Below are positions 18,190 to 28,379 of a stretch of DNA of 64,000 nt, piece after piece. A program made the position numbers and the translations under genes. Each line of letters starts with the position of its first letter. Within the stretch, counting starts at the first letter, position 1. Source of the stretch: an uncultured Gammaproteobacteria bacterium (GTDB lineage Bacteria; Patescibacteriota; Patescibacteriia; Magasanikbacterales; UBA922); NCBI GenBank assembly GCA_964522405.1, contig CAZFTR010000001.1:116686-180685 (forward strand), read 5' to 3'. The notes under the pieces are model-generated. The model did not search any database, was not told the DNA's origin, and saw only the letters and a program-made list of their open reading frames with translations.

Positions 18190-19320
18190 ATGAAAATTGG
18201 AATAGATGCTCGCATGTTCGGACCAGAACAGGCCGGACTGGGGAGGTACATAGAACAATTGATTTTACATCTTGAACACATTGATAAAAGCAATCAGTAT
18301 ATTTTGTTTTTAAAAAAAGATAATTTTGAAAAATATATTCCCAAGAATCCAAATTTTGAAAAAGTACTTGCAGATATAAGTTGGTATTCATGGGCAGAGC
18401 AATTTAAATTCAAGAGAATAATAAAAAAACAAAAATTAGATTTGATGCATTTTCCACATTGGAATGTTCCAATTTTTTATCGAGATCCATTTGTGGTTAC
18501 TATCCATGATTTGATTATGTATCACTATCCGCGTCATGAGGCAAGTACACTTGGACCAATTAGTTATTGGTTCAAAGACAGAGCTTCACGAGTAGTTTTG
18601 AATCATGCCATAAAAAAATCAAGGAAGATTTTTGTGACCAGTGAATTTACCAAACATGACTTAAACAAAACACTGGGGGTGAATTTGAATAAAATGGTTA
18701 CACTTTATCAGGCCCCATTTTTCAAAGAGCAAAGAAAAAGAACAAAAGAAGATCAAAAAGAATTTTTTGAAAAATTGAAAATTGAAAAACCTTACTTGCT
18801 CTATGTTGGAAATGCTTATCCTCATAAAAATCTAGAGAGGTTGGTACAAGCTTGGAATCTTTTTACTCGACAACATGGATTACATTTTCAATTAGTATTG
18901 GCAGGAAAAAGAAATTTTTTTTATGATCGCCTGTTTGAAAGTGAAACAGTAAAATCAAGTAATGGAATTATTTTTACAGATTTTCTAGCAGATGATGATT
19001 TACAATTATTGTATGATCATGCTCAGGCTTTTATTTTTCCTAGTCTTTATGAGGGATTTGGACTTCCTCCAATAGAAGCTATGTACCATGGTCTGCCGGT
19101 TGCCTCTTCAAATCAAACTTCTTTGCCAGAAGTATTGGGACGCTCAGCAATTTATTTTGATCCAACTAATATCGAGTACATGGCAACAAGTATTTATAAG
19201 ATACTTACTGATCAGAATTTAAGGCTAAATCTACAGCAAAATTCAAAGTATGAACTTAGACGTTTTTCTTGGGGATCTCTCTCAAGTAGGGCAGTAAAAG
19301 TTTATCAATCAATAGTTTAA
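18190..19320 (+). CDS. Glycosyltransferase family 4
   Basis: PSLYEGFGLPPIEAMYHGLPVASS motif. Confidence 0.8.
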   Translation: MKIGIDARMFGPEQAGLGRYIEQLILHLEHIDKSNQYILFLKKDNFEKYIPKNPNFEKVLADISWYSWAEQFKFKRIIKKQKLDLMHFPHWNVPIFYRDPFVVTIHDLIMYHYPRHEASTLGPISYWFKDRASRVVLNHAIKKSRKIFVTSEFTKHDLNKTLGVNLNKMVTLYQAPFFKEQRKRTKEDQKEFFEKLKIEKPYLLYVGNAYPHKNLERLVQAWNLFTRQHGLHFQLVLAGKRNFFYDRLFESETVKSSNGIIFTDFLADDDLQLLYDHAQAFIFPSLYEGFGLPPIEAMYHGLPVASSNQTSLPEVLGRSAIYFDPTNIEYMATSIYKILTDQNLRLNLQQNSKYELRRFSWGSLSSRAVKVYQSIV

Positions 19321-19412
19321 TTTTTTTTCAAATATTTATAAACAGGTAGAGGGCTGCCTGTTTTTTAATAATAGCAATTTTATGCTATAATATAATAAAA
19401 TTTAAACTTATC

Positions 19413-21998
19413 ATGGCTAAAAATACCAAACAAAAAGGAGTCACAGCTCGAACCAGAAAAATTCAAAAGAGGGCAGCTTTGAGAAGGTGTTCTCTTTGTG
19501 CTCGTGTAGGTCATAATAAGAAGACTTGTCTAGAAAATGTAGTTTCTGCCACCAAAAAACCAATCAAAAAAACTAATAACCAATTTAGCAGAAAAAAAAT
19601 ATCTACTCCAAAAGAAAATATTCAAAAAAAATCAGCCAGCAAAGTTTCGCATATTTTTGTAAACGCTCATCAGAAAACTCAAGAGTCAAAACATATAATT
19701 GATTTGAGTAAGAACAAAAAAGATATTTGGTCTTCGATAAAAGCCTACAGTGAAGAGCCGGCCAAGAAAACTAAACGTCATACTTTAAATTTTGCTCAGC
19801 TTGTAAAAAGTGCAAATAGTCAAAAAACTAAAGTAGCAAAAAATTTACCAAAAACTGCTGAGAAAAGAATACATAGCAAACCATTGGCGCTAAATTCTTT
19901 TTTCAGAGTAAAAGAATTTTTATCAGATGCTTTTTTTTCAATTCAAAATTTTTTCACTATTCCTGCCAAGTATTTTGATTTCAAAAAATTTGCATACAGC
20001 ATGGTAGTTTTTTTATTTTTGGTTTCAATTCCATTTCCAGCTGCCGGAGTTTATCGACAAGTAAAGGATGATACAAATTATATTGTGCAGAGAAGTACAG
20101 ATGCTTTTTTGGCTTTACAGTCTTCAACAGTGGCAGCGCTCTCAACCAATATTGAACAAGCTCAATTTGATTTAAATGAAGCACTGAGTGCTTTTACAGA
20201 TGCGCAATCACTTATAGATCGAGAGTACAAAGCATTGACTTATGTTGCCAGTGCTTTGCCTGTTGTTGGAAAACGAGTTCAGAGTAGACAGCAGTTGCTA
20301 GTGGCAGGACATCATATAGCGCTTGGAAATACTTATCTGGTAAAAGGAATCGAAGAAGCAAGTGAAAAAGAAGATTTAAATAATACTGACAGAATTTCAA
20401 TTTTAAAAGTTCACTTGAGAAGCGCTTTGCCACAGTATCAAGAAGCATTACTTAATCTTGCCAATGTTGATCACAGTGCTTTGCCAGTTGAGTTTCAAGA
20501 ATCTTTTTCTGAATTTAAAATACTTTTTGCAACTTTTATAGATGATATCAATGATCTTTCTGAAGTTATGAGTGGGATAGAGAAAATTCTTGGCTCAGAT
20601 CAGTTTAAACGATACTTGGTTTTATTTCAAAATCATCATGAGCTTCGAGCTACTGGGGGATTTGTAGGAAGCTTTGCTATTGTTGATGTTCAGAAAGGAA
20701 GAATTTTAAACATAGAAATTCCAGGGGGTGGTAGTTATGATTTACAAGGATACTTGGATACTTATCTGGCTCCGCCGTTGCCACTTCAGATTGCCAATGG
20801 AAGATGGGAATTTCAGGACTCAAATTGGTTTGCTAGTTTTCCAGCATCAGCCGAGAAAGCTTCTTGGTTTTATGAGCATTCTAGTGGTCGGACTGTTGAT
20901 GGGGTAATTGCAATAAATGCTTCAGTTTTGGAGAGGTTGGTAAAAGTTATGGGCCCGGTTTACAATGAAAATTATGATTTACTTATTAATTCAGAAAATG
21001 CCTTGTCGCAAATACAAAGAGAGGTAGAGGTTGAATATGATCGAGAAATCAATCAACCGAAGGCTGTCCTTTCAGAACTTCTGGATCAGATGTTAGCTGG
21101 ATTAAAAGATATACAACCTGTTCGTTTGGTTGATTTGCTTTCACAGATGCATAGTGCTTTGACAGAAAAAGAAATTCAAATTTATATGACAGATGATTCT
21201 CTCCAAAGAGATCTTTCAGAATTTGGATGGACAGGAGAATTGCTAGAAGAAAATCAAAATCAGGATTATCTTATGGTGGTAAATACCAATATTGGCGGAG
21301 AAAAAACTGATGCCAAAATAGATCAAGCTATTGACCATCAATCTCATGTTCAGTCCGATGGATCAGTAATTAATACAGTTATTGTCAGGCGTGAGCATTC
21401 TGGTAATTCAGGAGAGCTTTTTTATGGAAAAGAAAATATAAATTACTTAAGAGTTTATGTTCCAGAAGGATCAGAGTTGATAGAGGCAGGAGGATTTAGT
21501 TATCCAGAAGAAGAATCTTTTATGGTGCCTGAACCATGGTATGAAGATGATCAGGATTTGGAAGAGATCGCTCAAACTGAGACTATTCACGTAGGAAGTG
21601 GTACCAGAATTACCAATGAGTTTAAGAAAACGGCTTTTGCAAATTGGATTGTAACCAATCCTGGAAAAACTACAGAAGTATATTTTGTTTACAGACTTCC
21701 TTTCAAAGTGTTGGATACAGAGATGGCTGAAAATAGTGATAGAAATATTATCGAAGATATAGCTATGCTGGCTGGAAACAAGCTTGAGAATAGTCAATTA
21801 TCGCATTATTCTCTACTTTCTCAGAAGCAATCAGGAACAAATGCAAAATTAAATTCAACAATTATTTATCCTGATGGTTGGAATCCGGTTTGGCGTACAA
21901 ATGATGATGTGCATGTTACCTTGAATGGCGCAACTTATAATACTGGTTTAAATACAGACAAGGTATACGGAGTAGTTATGAAAAAAATAGAAGAATAA
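19413..21998 (+). CDS. Large membrane-anchored extracytoplasmic protein (DUF4012-like) with an N-terminal CCHC zinc-knuckle-like motif
   Basis: Lys-rich N-terminus containing CSLCARVGHNKKTC (CX2CX4HX4C), a single TM segment (FAYSMVVFLFLVSIPFPAAGVY), and about 650 aa after the TM. The gene context matches the DUF4012 proteins found next to CPR glycosyltransferase genes. Confidence 0.45.
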   Translation: MAKNTKQKGVTARTRKIQKRAALRRCSLCARVGHNKKTCLENVVSATKKPIKKTNNQFSRKKISTPKENIQKKSASKVSHIFVNAHQKTQESKHIIDLSKNKKDIWSSIKAYSEEPAKKTKRHTLNFAQLVKSANSQKTKVAKNLPKTAEKRIHSKPLALNSFFRVKEFLSDAFFSIQNFFTIPAKYFDFKKFAYSMVVFLFLVSIPFPAAGVYRQVKDDTNYIVQRSTDAFLALQSSTVAALSTNIEQAQFDLNEALSAFTDAQSLIDREYKALTYVASALPVVGKRVQSRQQLLVAGHHIALGNTYLVKGIEEASEKEDLNNTDRISILKVHLRSALPQYQEALLNLANVDHSALPVEFQESFSEFKILFATFIDDINDLSEVMSGIEKILGSDQFKRYLVLFQNHHELRATGGFVGSFAIVDVQKGRILNIEIPGGGSYDLQGYLDTYLAPPLPLQIANGRWEFQDSNWFASFPASAEKASWFYEHSSGRTVDGVIAINASVLERLVKVMGPVYNENYDLLINSENALSQIQREVEVEYDREINQPKAVLSELLDQMLAGLKDIQPVRLVDLLSQMHSALTEKEIQIYMTDDSLQRDLSEFGWTGELLEENQNQDYLMVVNTNIGGEKTDAKIDQAIDHQSHVQSDGSVINTVIVRREHSGNSGELFYGKENINYLRVYVPEGSELIEAGGFSYPEEESFMVPEPWYEDDQDLEEIAQTETIHVGSGTRITNEFKKTAFANWIVTNPGKTTEVYFVYRLPFKVLDTEMAENSDRNIIEDIAMLAGNKLENSQLSHYSLLSQKQSGTNAKLNSTIIYPDGWNPVWRTNDDVHVTLNGATYNTGLNTDKVYGVVMKKIEE

Positions 21999-22002
21999 TT
22001 TT

Positions 22003-24012
22003 ATGGAAGAAAAATCAGCCCCATCTGCTGACAAGCAGGAAGAAAAAAATATAATTGAAAGTGGTAAACATCATTTTGTAAAAAAAACAATTGAGAGCAG
22101 TGAAGATCCAGAATCATCTGCAGATTTTATTGAACAGGAAAATTTGCAAGAGCAGAGTCAAGAGGATTTAAAAGAAAAAGAAGAAATTATGGAAAAACCC
22201 GAAAAACAAAAAACTAGAAAAAAAACTAGAAAAGTAAAAAGAAAAAAAAGAAGTTTAGAAAAGCAGGTTGAGTCAGATCTAGCTGATATTTACAAGGATT
22301 CTGACGGAAATATGCCAGACATGAAAAAGATCAAAAAGGTTAAGCATAGCAGTTTAATCAAGGCTTTTTTTGTTTTAATTTTTTCTTGTATATTTTTGGC
22401 TAGTGTTGCTTGGTTAGGTTTTTTTGTTATGCAACCAGATACTGAATTTTCTCAGGAGGATGTTATAGTTTCAATTTCAGGGCCAGATCAAATCGGAATT
22501 GGTCAAGAAGTAAAATATCGAATTAGATATAGAAATGCCCAAAATGTATTGCTCAACAATGTCACTATCGAAGTTAGATATCCGCAATCTTTTGAATTTG
22601 CCACCAGTACTGTTCAGCCATCAGGTGAAAGTATGGATCGATGGGAGTTGGGTAATTTGCAAGCTGATGACAGTGGCTATATAGATGTAGAGGGATTTAT
22701 TGAGGCAGATATTGATAGTGATCATTCTTTTAGATTGTTTTTCAATTACACCCCACAAAATTTTAGTTCTCCATTTCAAAAAGTACACTCAACTGAAACT
22801 AAAATCTCTGAGTCGCCAGTGATCATGTCTGTCCAAGGTCCAGAAGAATCTATCTCTGGCTCAGTAGTAGAGTACAAAGTTGTGGTTGAGCTTGAAGATG
22901 AGGATTTTACAGGTCAGAAATTTTTGGTTATGGAGCCGGGACTTAATTTTTCTGTCAAAGAAAGTAATCTTGAGCCAATAGATCATGGTGCATATGAGTG
23001 GTTGCTCGCCTCAACTACAACTGAGACAGTGGTGATTCAAGGAGTTTTGCTTGGCGGAGAAACAGGTGGTCAAGAGTCGATCAAGTTTATGGTTCAAGCC
23101 CGTGACCAGGAAGGTGAATATTATACTTTGGCACAAGAAGAGAAAACTATAAAAATAGTAGAAAATGGAGTTTCAGCAAATTTAATTATAAATGGCGCAA
23201 TAGATAGTTTAACAGCTTTTCCCGGAGACATACTAAATGCCAGTATAGTGGTAGAAAATACCGGAAGCAAGACTCTCGAAGATCTTAATACTAAATTGGT
23301 TTTTGAAGCACCTTCATATAAAAAGAAAAGCATATTTGCCTGGAGTAGGATTGATGACTTGTTTGATGGAGACATTCGTGGTGAACAGCTAACTGACTCA
23401 ATTCGTTTGGGTGAGATTACATGGGCAAAAAAACATATAGAAGATTTTAAGAAATTTGAACCGGGTGACAAAGTAGTCATTGATTTAATTTTACCAGTTA
23501 AAACCAGTGATGATATTGATCTAAGCGCTTTTGAAGATTTTGCTGCTCAAGCTTATCTTGATTTGAAATTTGAACAAGATGGAGGAGTCGATACATTGAG
23601 CAGTAGTCATCTGAATATTGTTTTTAATTCAGATATGGATCTGGAAGTTAGAGATGAAATTGGCACAAGTAATGGAAAAGAAAAACATACTATTACTTGG
23701 CTTTTAACCAATAGTTTTCATGAGCTGAATAATGTTGTACTGGAAGCAGATTTATATGGTGATTTTAATTTTGATCCTGAAGATGTTTCAGTACCGGCTG
23801 GAGAGATTGAATACAATGAAACAGATCAGAAATTGCTTTGGAAAATAGAAACCATGCCAACTAATTTGGATGTGCTTGCTTTGCAGTTTGATTTAATTTT
23901 AAATAAGAAAAATCCATCTCAAACAAATTTAACTTCCAGAGTTCGTGGAACTGCAATTGATAGCAAAACTGGTGAAGAGGTCTTAGCAGTAGGGGATGAG
24001 GTGTTGTTTTAA
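22003..24012 (+). CDS. Large membrane-anchored, predicted extracellular beta-rich protein
   Basis: Acidic/Lys-rich N-terminal 110 aa, a single TM (AFFVLIFSCIFLASVAWLGFFV), and an approximately 530-aa C-terminal domain with no recognisable catalytic motifs. Confidence 0.4.
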   Translation: MEEKSAPSADKQEEKNIIESGKHHFVKKTIESSEDPESSADFIEQENLQEQSQEDLKEKEEIMEKPEKQKTRKKTRKVKRKKRSLEKQVESDLADIYKDSDGNMPDMKKIKKVKHSSLIKAFFVLIFSCIFLASVAWLGFFVMQPDTEFSQEDVIVSISGPDQIGIGQEVKYRIRYRNAQNVLLNNVTIEVRYPQSFEFATSTVQPSGESMDRWELGNLQADDSGYIDVEGFIEADIDSDHSFRLFFNYTPQNFSSPFQKVHSTETKISESPVIMSVQGPEESISGSVVEYKVVVELEDEDFTGQKFLVMEPGLNFSVKESNLEPIDHGAYEWLLASTTTETVVIQGVLLGGETGGQESIKFMVQARDQEGEYYTLAQEEKTIKIVENGVSANLIINGAIDSLTAFPGDILNASIVVENTGSKTLEDLNTKLVFEAPSYKKKSIFAWSRIDDLFDGDIRGEQLTDSIRLGEITWAKKHIEDFKKFEPGDKVVIDLILPVKTSDDIDLSAFEDFAAQAYLDLKFEQDGGVDTLSSSHLNIVFNSDMDLEVRDEIGTSNGKEKHTITWLLTNSFHELNNVVLEADLYGDFNFDPEDVSVPAGEIEYNETDQKLLWKIETMPTNLDVLALQFDLILNKKNPSQTNLTSRVRGTAIDSKTGEEVLAVGDEVLF

Positions 24013-24032
24013 GTGGAATTTATATAAATAAA

Positions 24033-24060
24033 AAAACCGCTGTGAAGCGGTTTTTTGCTA
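24033..24060. terminator. Bidirectional terminator (AAAAAACCGCTGTGAAGCGGTTTTTT)
   Basis: Perfect 7-bp stem with A6 and T6 flanks between convergent genes. Confidence 0.7.
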
Positions 24061-24070
24061 CTTTACTAAT

Positions 24071-25240
24071 TTACTCTTGTTCAATCAGTTGTAATTTATA
24101 TTGATCCAGTTCTATTTGGCTTAAATCTTTTCCAGTTACCTCCATGGTGTCACGAGCTGCTGTTATTTGTTCCCAACCCTGTTCTATGTGCATTAACCAT
24201 TCTTTGTAAGAGGTAAATTTTCTTTTTACATCTTCAAAATATTTTTTAAATGCCTTAATTTTTTGATCGTCTGTTCTTTTCTCACCTTCTGGCAGGTCAT
24301 GATCAAACAATATCTTATCTGTAGTTTGTGTGAATCTGCTTGGTTTATATTGATCAGAGGATTTGACAGCCTCCTCAAAGACGCTCATTGCCTTGCCTAT
24401 GAGTTCATATCTGGCGTTTCTTGCTCTCTGTTTTCTAAACAGTTTTGGCATTTTCATTTTTGCAGCTTGTTCTAAAATTGGAAATGCTTCATCAATTTTT
24501 TTAATCTTTTCTTTAACTATCTCGCGAGCTCTCTCTAATTCAGTATTGCGTCTTTTTGGATCCATCTTTGCTAAAGCCTCTAAATTAACTTCTGTATCTG
24601 GCATATCTGTATTAAGTCCAAATCCAGTGTAACCTATGTCCTGTCTTCTATCTTCGGATAATCCGAGCGCGTCATAAAGCTGTTTTTGCTTAGTATCAAA
24701 CTCGGCTGGTTTTTCTTTGTGGAGTTTTGCTCGTAATTCTGACCATAACTCATTTTTCACTTGCGCTTTCAAATTTTCAGAATCTGGGATCTCGTCAAAA
24801 GTGGAGTTTAATCTTTCTACATATAATTTTACTTCTCGAGCTGCTGAATCAGATGTAGAGTATCGTCCAGCTTTGAAATGTAAAATAAGTGAATCCAGTG
24901 ACATATTTGTACCACCTACTTTGTATTGGCTTCTCCACCATGCAGGTCCTAATTCTTTATGTGTTTCATCGTCTATGCCTTCAATGTTCACTGCGTATGC
25001 TGGGGATGTTCCAATCTCTTCTCCTTCTTGGATGTGTTTGTTCATAAATCTGTCAACATCTGCAGTTGAAAGTCGTCGCTCTCCTCCTTCTGATTCAGAT
25101 AGTACAGGTCTTACTTTTTTAGCTGTATCGCCTGAATGAAGATGAATACGATCAGTATACCCATCCTTAGTGTTCACATTTTCAAAAAAATCTCTAGCTT
25201 TTTTTTGTGCATCTGGATTGCCTCCGCGTCTTGGTTTCAT
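24071..25240 (-). CDS. Hypothetical charged protein, monocistronic, no recognisable domain
   Basis: 389-aa ORF, Lys/Glu-rich, with its own terminator and an AT-rich upstream region. Confidence 0.4.
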   Translation of the reverse strand: MKPRRGGNPDAQKKARDFFENVNTKDGYTDRIHLHSGDTAKKVRPVLSESEGGERRLSTADVDRFMNKHIQEGEEIGTSPAYAVNIEGIDDETHKELGPAWWRSQYKVGGTNMSLDSLILHFKAGRYSTSDSAAREVKLYVERLNSTFDEIPDSENLKAQVKNELWSELRAKLHKEKPAEFDTKQKQLYDALGLSEDRRQDIGYTGFGLNTDMPDTEVNLEALAKMDPKRRNTELERAREIVKEKIKKIDEAFPILEQAAKMKMPKLFRKQRARNARYELIGKAMSVFEEAVKSSDQYKPSRFTQTTDKILFDHDLPEGEKRTDDQKIKAFKKYFEDVKRKFTSYKEWLMHIEQGWEQITAARDTMEVTGKDLSQIELDQYKLQLIEQE

Positions 25241-25391
25241 ATTTAACTCTTAATAAAATTAATTTAAAAATTCTCTTATATGATTATTGTATCATATTTG
25301 TTCTTTTGGTAAATATTTTAATTCAAAAAGAGAGAGGTTTGTATGCAGCTTATTTTGCTTGCTGGTAGATAATTTCCATTAGTTTTTAGTG

Positions 25392-25463
25392 TGCCCCCGC
25401 CAGGAATCGAACCCAGATCAACGGTTCCGAAGACCGTTGTGTTATCCGTTACACCACAGGGGC
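25392..25463 (-). tRNA. tRNA-Arg (anticodon TCG)
   Basis: Hand-folded: acceptor GCCCCTG/CGGGGGC (one G-U pair), D arm GTGT-AACGGATA-ACAC, anticodon stem ACGGT/ACCGT with loop CTTCGGA, T loop TTCGATT. The T stem has two G-U pairs. Confidence 0.6.
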
Positions 25464-25551
25464 ATATAAACAATTAAACAACTAACAATTAACAACTAAC
25501 AAGTCAATTTAACGAGCATGTTAATTATTAATCAATTAGTTGTTAATTGTT

Positions 25552-25627
25552 TGGTGCGCCGTAAGGGATTCGAACCCCTGACCGTTTGGTTAAGAGCCAA
25601 CTGCTCTACCGACTGAGCTAACGGCGC
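25552..25627 (-). tRNA. tRNA-Lys (anticodon CTT), CCA encoded
   Basis: Textbook cloverleaf: GCGCCGT-TA-GCTC-AGTCGGTA-GAGC-A-GTTGG-CTCTTAA-CCAAC-GGTC-AGGGG-TTCGAAT-CCCTT-ACGGCGC-A-CCA. Confidence 0.85.
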
Positions 25628-25636
25628 TTTTCCGGA

Positions 25637-26437
25637 TTATCCCAAAGGATCTTCCGGTTTTCTTTCTAAAATTTCAACTTTTGGTCCTTTCCATTTTTTT
25701 ACTTCTATGGCGTTTTCTGCTGCTACGATCTGCGCTTCTTGCTTGCTTCCGCCAATTCCTTCAGCAATCTGTTCTCTGCCTAGGTAAATTCCCACTGTAA
25801 ATTCCTTGGCATGATCTGGTCCTTCTTCTTTTAGTACTTTGTAAGTAGGTGTTAGACCAACAATTTCCTGAGAAGCTTCTTGAAATCTAGACTTTGGATC
25901 CATCCACAGACCTAGCTCTAGTACTTCTCCCAATTTGCTAATAACCCATCTGGTAATAAATTGTTTGGCCAAATCCCAGCCTTTATCTACATATATTGAT
26001 CCGATTACAGCTTCAAGTGCATTGGCCAGTATATAATCACGCGCTTTGGTGTTTTCATCTTTTGACTCTCCATGACTTAGAAAAAGATAAGGTTCAAACC
26101 CGATCTCTCTTGCTACTGAAGCACACATTTTTGAATTTACCAGTGCTGCTCTCCAGTTGGTTAGTTCACCTTCTGGGTTTAAGTAGTTTTCAAAAAGATA
26201 TTCTGTAACTACAAGCTCAAGTACGGCATCGCCCAAAAATTCTAATCTCTCATTGTGAGCCAAAGGAAAATCACGATTTTCATTTAGAAATGAACGGTGT
26301 ACCAGCGCTTGTACAATATGATTTTTGTTGGTGAATTCTACACCAATGGCTTTTTCTAATTCTGCAAAGCCCTTTTGAGTATATTCAGGAATTGTTTCCA
26401 TATTTGCTGTGTTTAGCACACAGTTTGTAGTAACCAA
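25637..26437 (-). CDS. rnc: Ribonuclease III
   Basis: RNase III signature ERLEFLGDAVLELVVTEYLF and a C-terminal dsRBD (GSKQEAQIVAAENAIE). Confidence 0.88.
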   Translation of the reverse strand: MVTTNCVLNTANMETIPEYTQKGFAELEKAIGVEFTNKNHIVQALVHRSFLNENRDFPLAHNERLEFLGDAVLELVVTEYLFENYLNPEGELTNWRAALVNSKMCASVAREIGFEPYLFLSHGESKDENTKARDYILANALEAVIGSIYVDKGWDLAKQFITRWVISKLGEVLELGLWMDPKSRFQEASQEIVGLTPTYKVLKEEGPDHAKEFTVGIYLGREQIAEGIGGSKQEAQIVAAENAIEVKKWKGPKVEILERKPEDPLG

Positions 26438-26496
26438 ATATGGTAGGTAAGTTCTACTATTTAGATACTAGAAACTGAGCGAGTTTACTAATTAAA

Positions 26497-26961
26497 TTAA
26501 TCCTTTTTTTCCTCTGAAAGAGGTTGTTCTGTGGATGTTGATTGTTTAAATAATTGATTATACATTGCCCCTAGAATTCCATTTATGAATTTCCCGGATG
26601 ATGGTCCACCATAAGTTTTGGCCAATTCAATCGCTTCGTTTATGGCAACTTTGGGAGGAATATCTTCATTATATTTCATTTCATAAATGCCTAGTCGCAG
26701 AATATTTCTATCAACCAAAGTCATTTGTTCAAGAGGCCAATTGGAAGCATATTTTTCTATCAATTTGTCTATTTCTTTTTGTTTATCAATGATTCCGCTT
26801 ACGCTGTTTTCAATAAAATCCTTGGTTTCTTCAATTCCAGAACCAAATTCCTCTATGTTTTGCTCAATAATTGCAGGCAAAGCAGCCGTCGGTCCTCCGC
26901 GGAAGTCCCATTGATAGAGAGATTGCATTATTATTTCTCTTGCCAAGTGACGCTTTGCCAT
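26497..26961 (-). CDS. nusB: Transcription antitermination factor NusB
   Basis: [18 protein letters not shown]-terminal motif; 154 aa. Confidence 0.8.
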   Translation of the reverse strand: MAKRHLAREIIMQSLYQWDFRGGPTAALPAIIEQNIEEFGSGIEETKDFIENSVSGIIDKQKEIDKLIEKYASNWPLEQMTLVDRNILRLGIYEMKYNEDIPPKVAINEAIELAKTYGGPSSGKFINGILGAMYNQLFKQSTSTEQPLSEEKKD

Positions 26962-26970
26962 ACAAATATA

Positions 26971-27192
26971 TTAAGCTGCTTTTTTGTTGCGAAGAGTTCG
27001 CGCAGCGCGTTTTTGAGTATTTACTGCCTTTTTGCCTTTGTAAGATCCGCATTTTGGACATGCTCGATGAGCAAGAAGTTTTGTGCCACATTCTTTGCAA
27101 CTAACCAATGCGATTTTCTTAAGTGCAAAATGAGACGCACGCTGTTTTTTGGAAGTGCTAGTCCTCTTTTGTGAAGGTAATCCCATATACAA
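26971..27192 (-). CDS. rpmF: 50S ribosomal protein L32
   Basis: KRTSTSKKQRASHFALKK...CKECGTKLLAHRACPKCGSYKGK (Zn-ribbon bL32). Confidence 0.8.
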   Translation of the reverse strand: MYMGLPSQKRTSTSKKQRASHFALKKIALVSCKECGTKLLAHRACPKCGSYKGKKAVNTQKRAARTLRNKKAA

Positions 27193-27347
27193 ATAATTCT
27201 TATATAACGGAAATATTATAGCTTATTTGTTAAAAAAAATCAATAGTCTGGGCAAACTAGCTTTTTTTGACTTATTTTAGCAAATTATATAAAATATATA
27301 ACTAAAATTAGTTTGATAATTTAGTAGGTTTTAGCTATAATCTCTCT

Positions 27348-28349
27348 ATGAGAATAACTGAAATTAATTCTAGAAATGAGTGGGAAAAAGCAGTAAGTCA
27401 GTCAGAGATGATTGAATTTTTGCAATCCTGGAATTGGGGTGAGTTTCAAAAAACAGCAGGAAATCGTCCAATACGCTTGAGTTTTGTTGATCAGCAGAAA
27501 CAAATCCGCTGCCTTCAATGTTTTGAACATAGAATTGGATCTAATTTTAAATATCTTTATTTGCCAAGAATTGTTGCTAATGCAGAAATTATAGAATCTT
27601 TGAAAAGTTGGGCAGCTGAAAAAAACTTTGTCTTTTTAAGAGTTGAACCTGCCAGAGAATTTAGTATAGATAAATTTAATCTAAAAAATGTTATAATAAA
27701 AAATAGACAACCAAGACATACTAGTATTTTAAATTTAGAAAAAACAGAAGATGATTTGCTTTCAGCAATGCATAGCAAGACCAGATATAATATTCGTTTG
27801 TCAGGCAGAAAAGGGGTTGATATAAAAGACCGAAAAGATCTGGGTATTTTTTGGAGATTAAATCAGCAAACCACGCAGAGAGATAAGTTTCGCAGTCACC
27901 AGAAATCTTATTATGAGAAGATGCTTGCGTCAGATATGTGTTATCAGCTTACTGCCTGGTATGATCACTTGCCAATTGCTTCAAATCTTTATTTATCTCA
28001 TGACAGGAGAACAACTTACCTGCACGGCACTTCGTCAAATCAGCATCGATCAGTTATGGCGCCGTATTTATTGCAATGGCAGGCCATAAAAAAAGCCAAG
28101 CAAGATGGACATAGGGAATATGATTTTTGGGGGGTAGCAGAGCCGGCAGAGCGAATAGAACATCCTGATTTAGAAAGTTTTCACAAGAACACTTGGAAAA
28201 AATCAGATCCTTGGAGTGGAGTGACCAGGTTCAAGGCTGGATTTGACGGTCAGGTTGCGGCTTATCCAGATGCTTTTGATGTTCCTGTTAAATCATCTTT
28301 TTATAAAATGTATAGGTTTCTAAGGAAGGTTTTGAGAAAAGGAGAATAA
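27348..28349 (+). CDS. FemAB-family peptidyltransferase (peptidoglycan interpeptide bridge formation, FemX-like)
   Basis: N-terminal ...FLQSWNWGEFQ... block and overall size are typical of FemAB / lipid II aminoacyltransferases. Confidence 0.55.
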   Translation: MRITEINSRNEWEKAVSQSEMIEFLQSWNWGEFQKTAGNRPIRLSFVDQQKQIRCLQCFEHRIGSNFKYLYLPRIVANAEIIESLKSWAAEKNFVFLRVEPAREFSIDKFNLKNVIIKNRQPRHTSILNLEKTEDDLLSAMHSKTRYNIRLSGRKGVDIKDRKDLGIFWRLNQQTTQRDKFRSHQKSYYEKMLASDMCYQLTAWYDHLPIASNLYLSHDRRTTYLHGTSSNQHRSVMAPYLLQWQAIKKAKQDGHREYDFWGVAEPAERIEHPDLESFHKNTWKKSDPWSGVTRFKAGFDGQVAAYPDAFDVPVKSSFYKMYRFLRKVLRKGE

Positions 28350-28379
28350 TATAATTTTATTGGCTGTCAGTTATTAATT

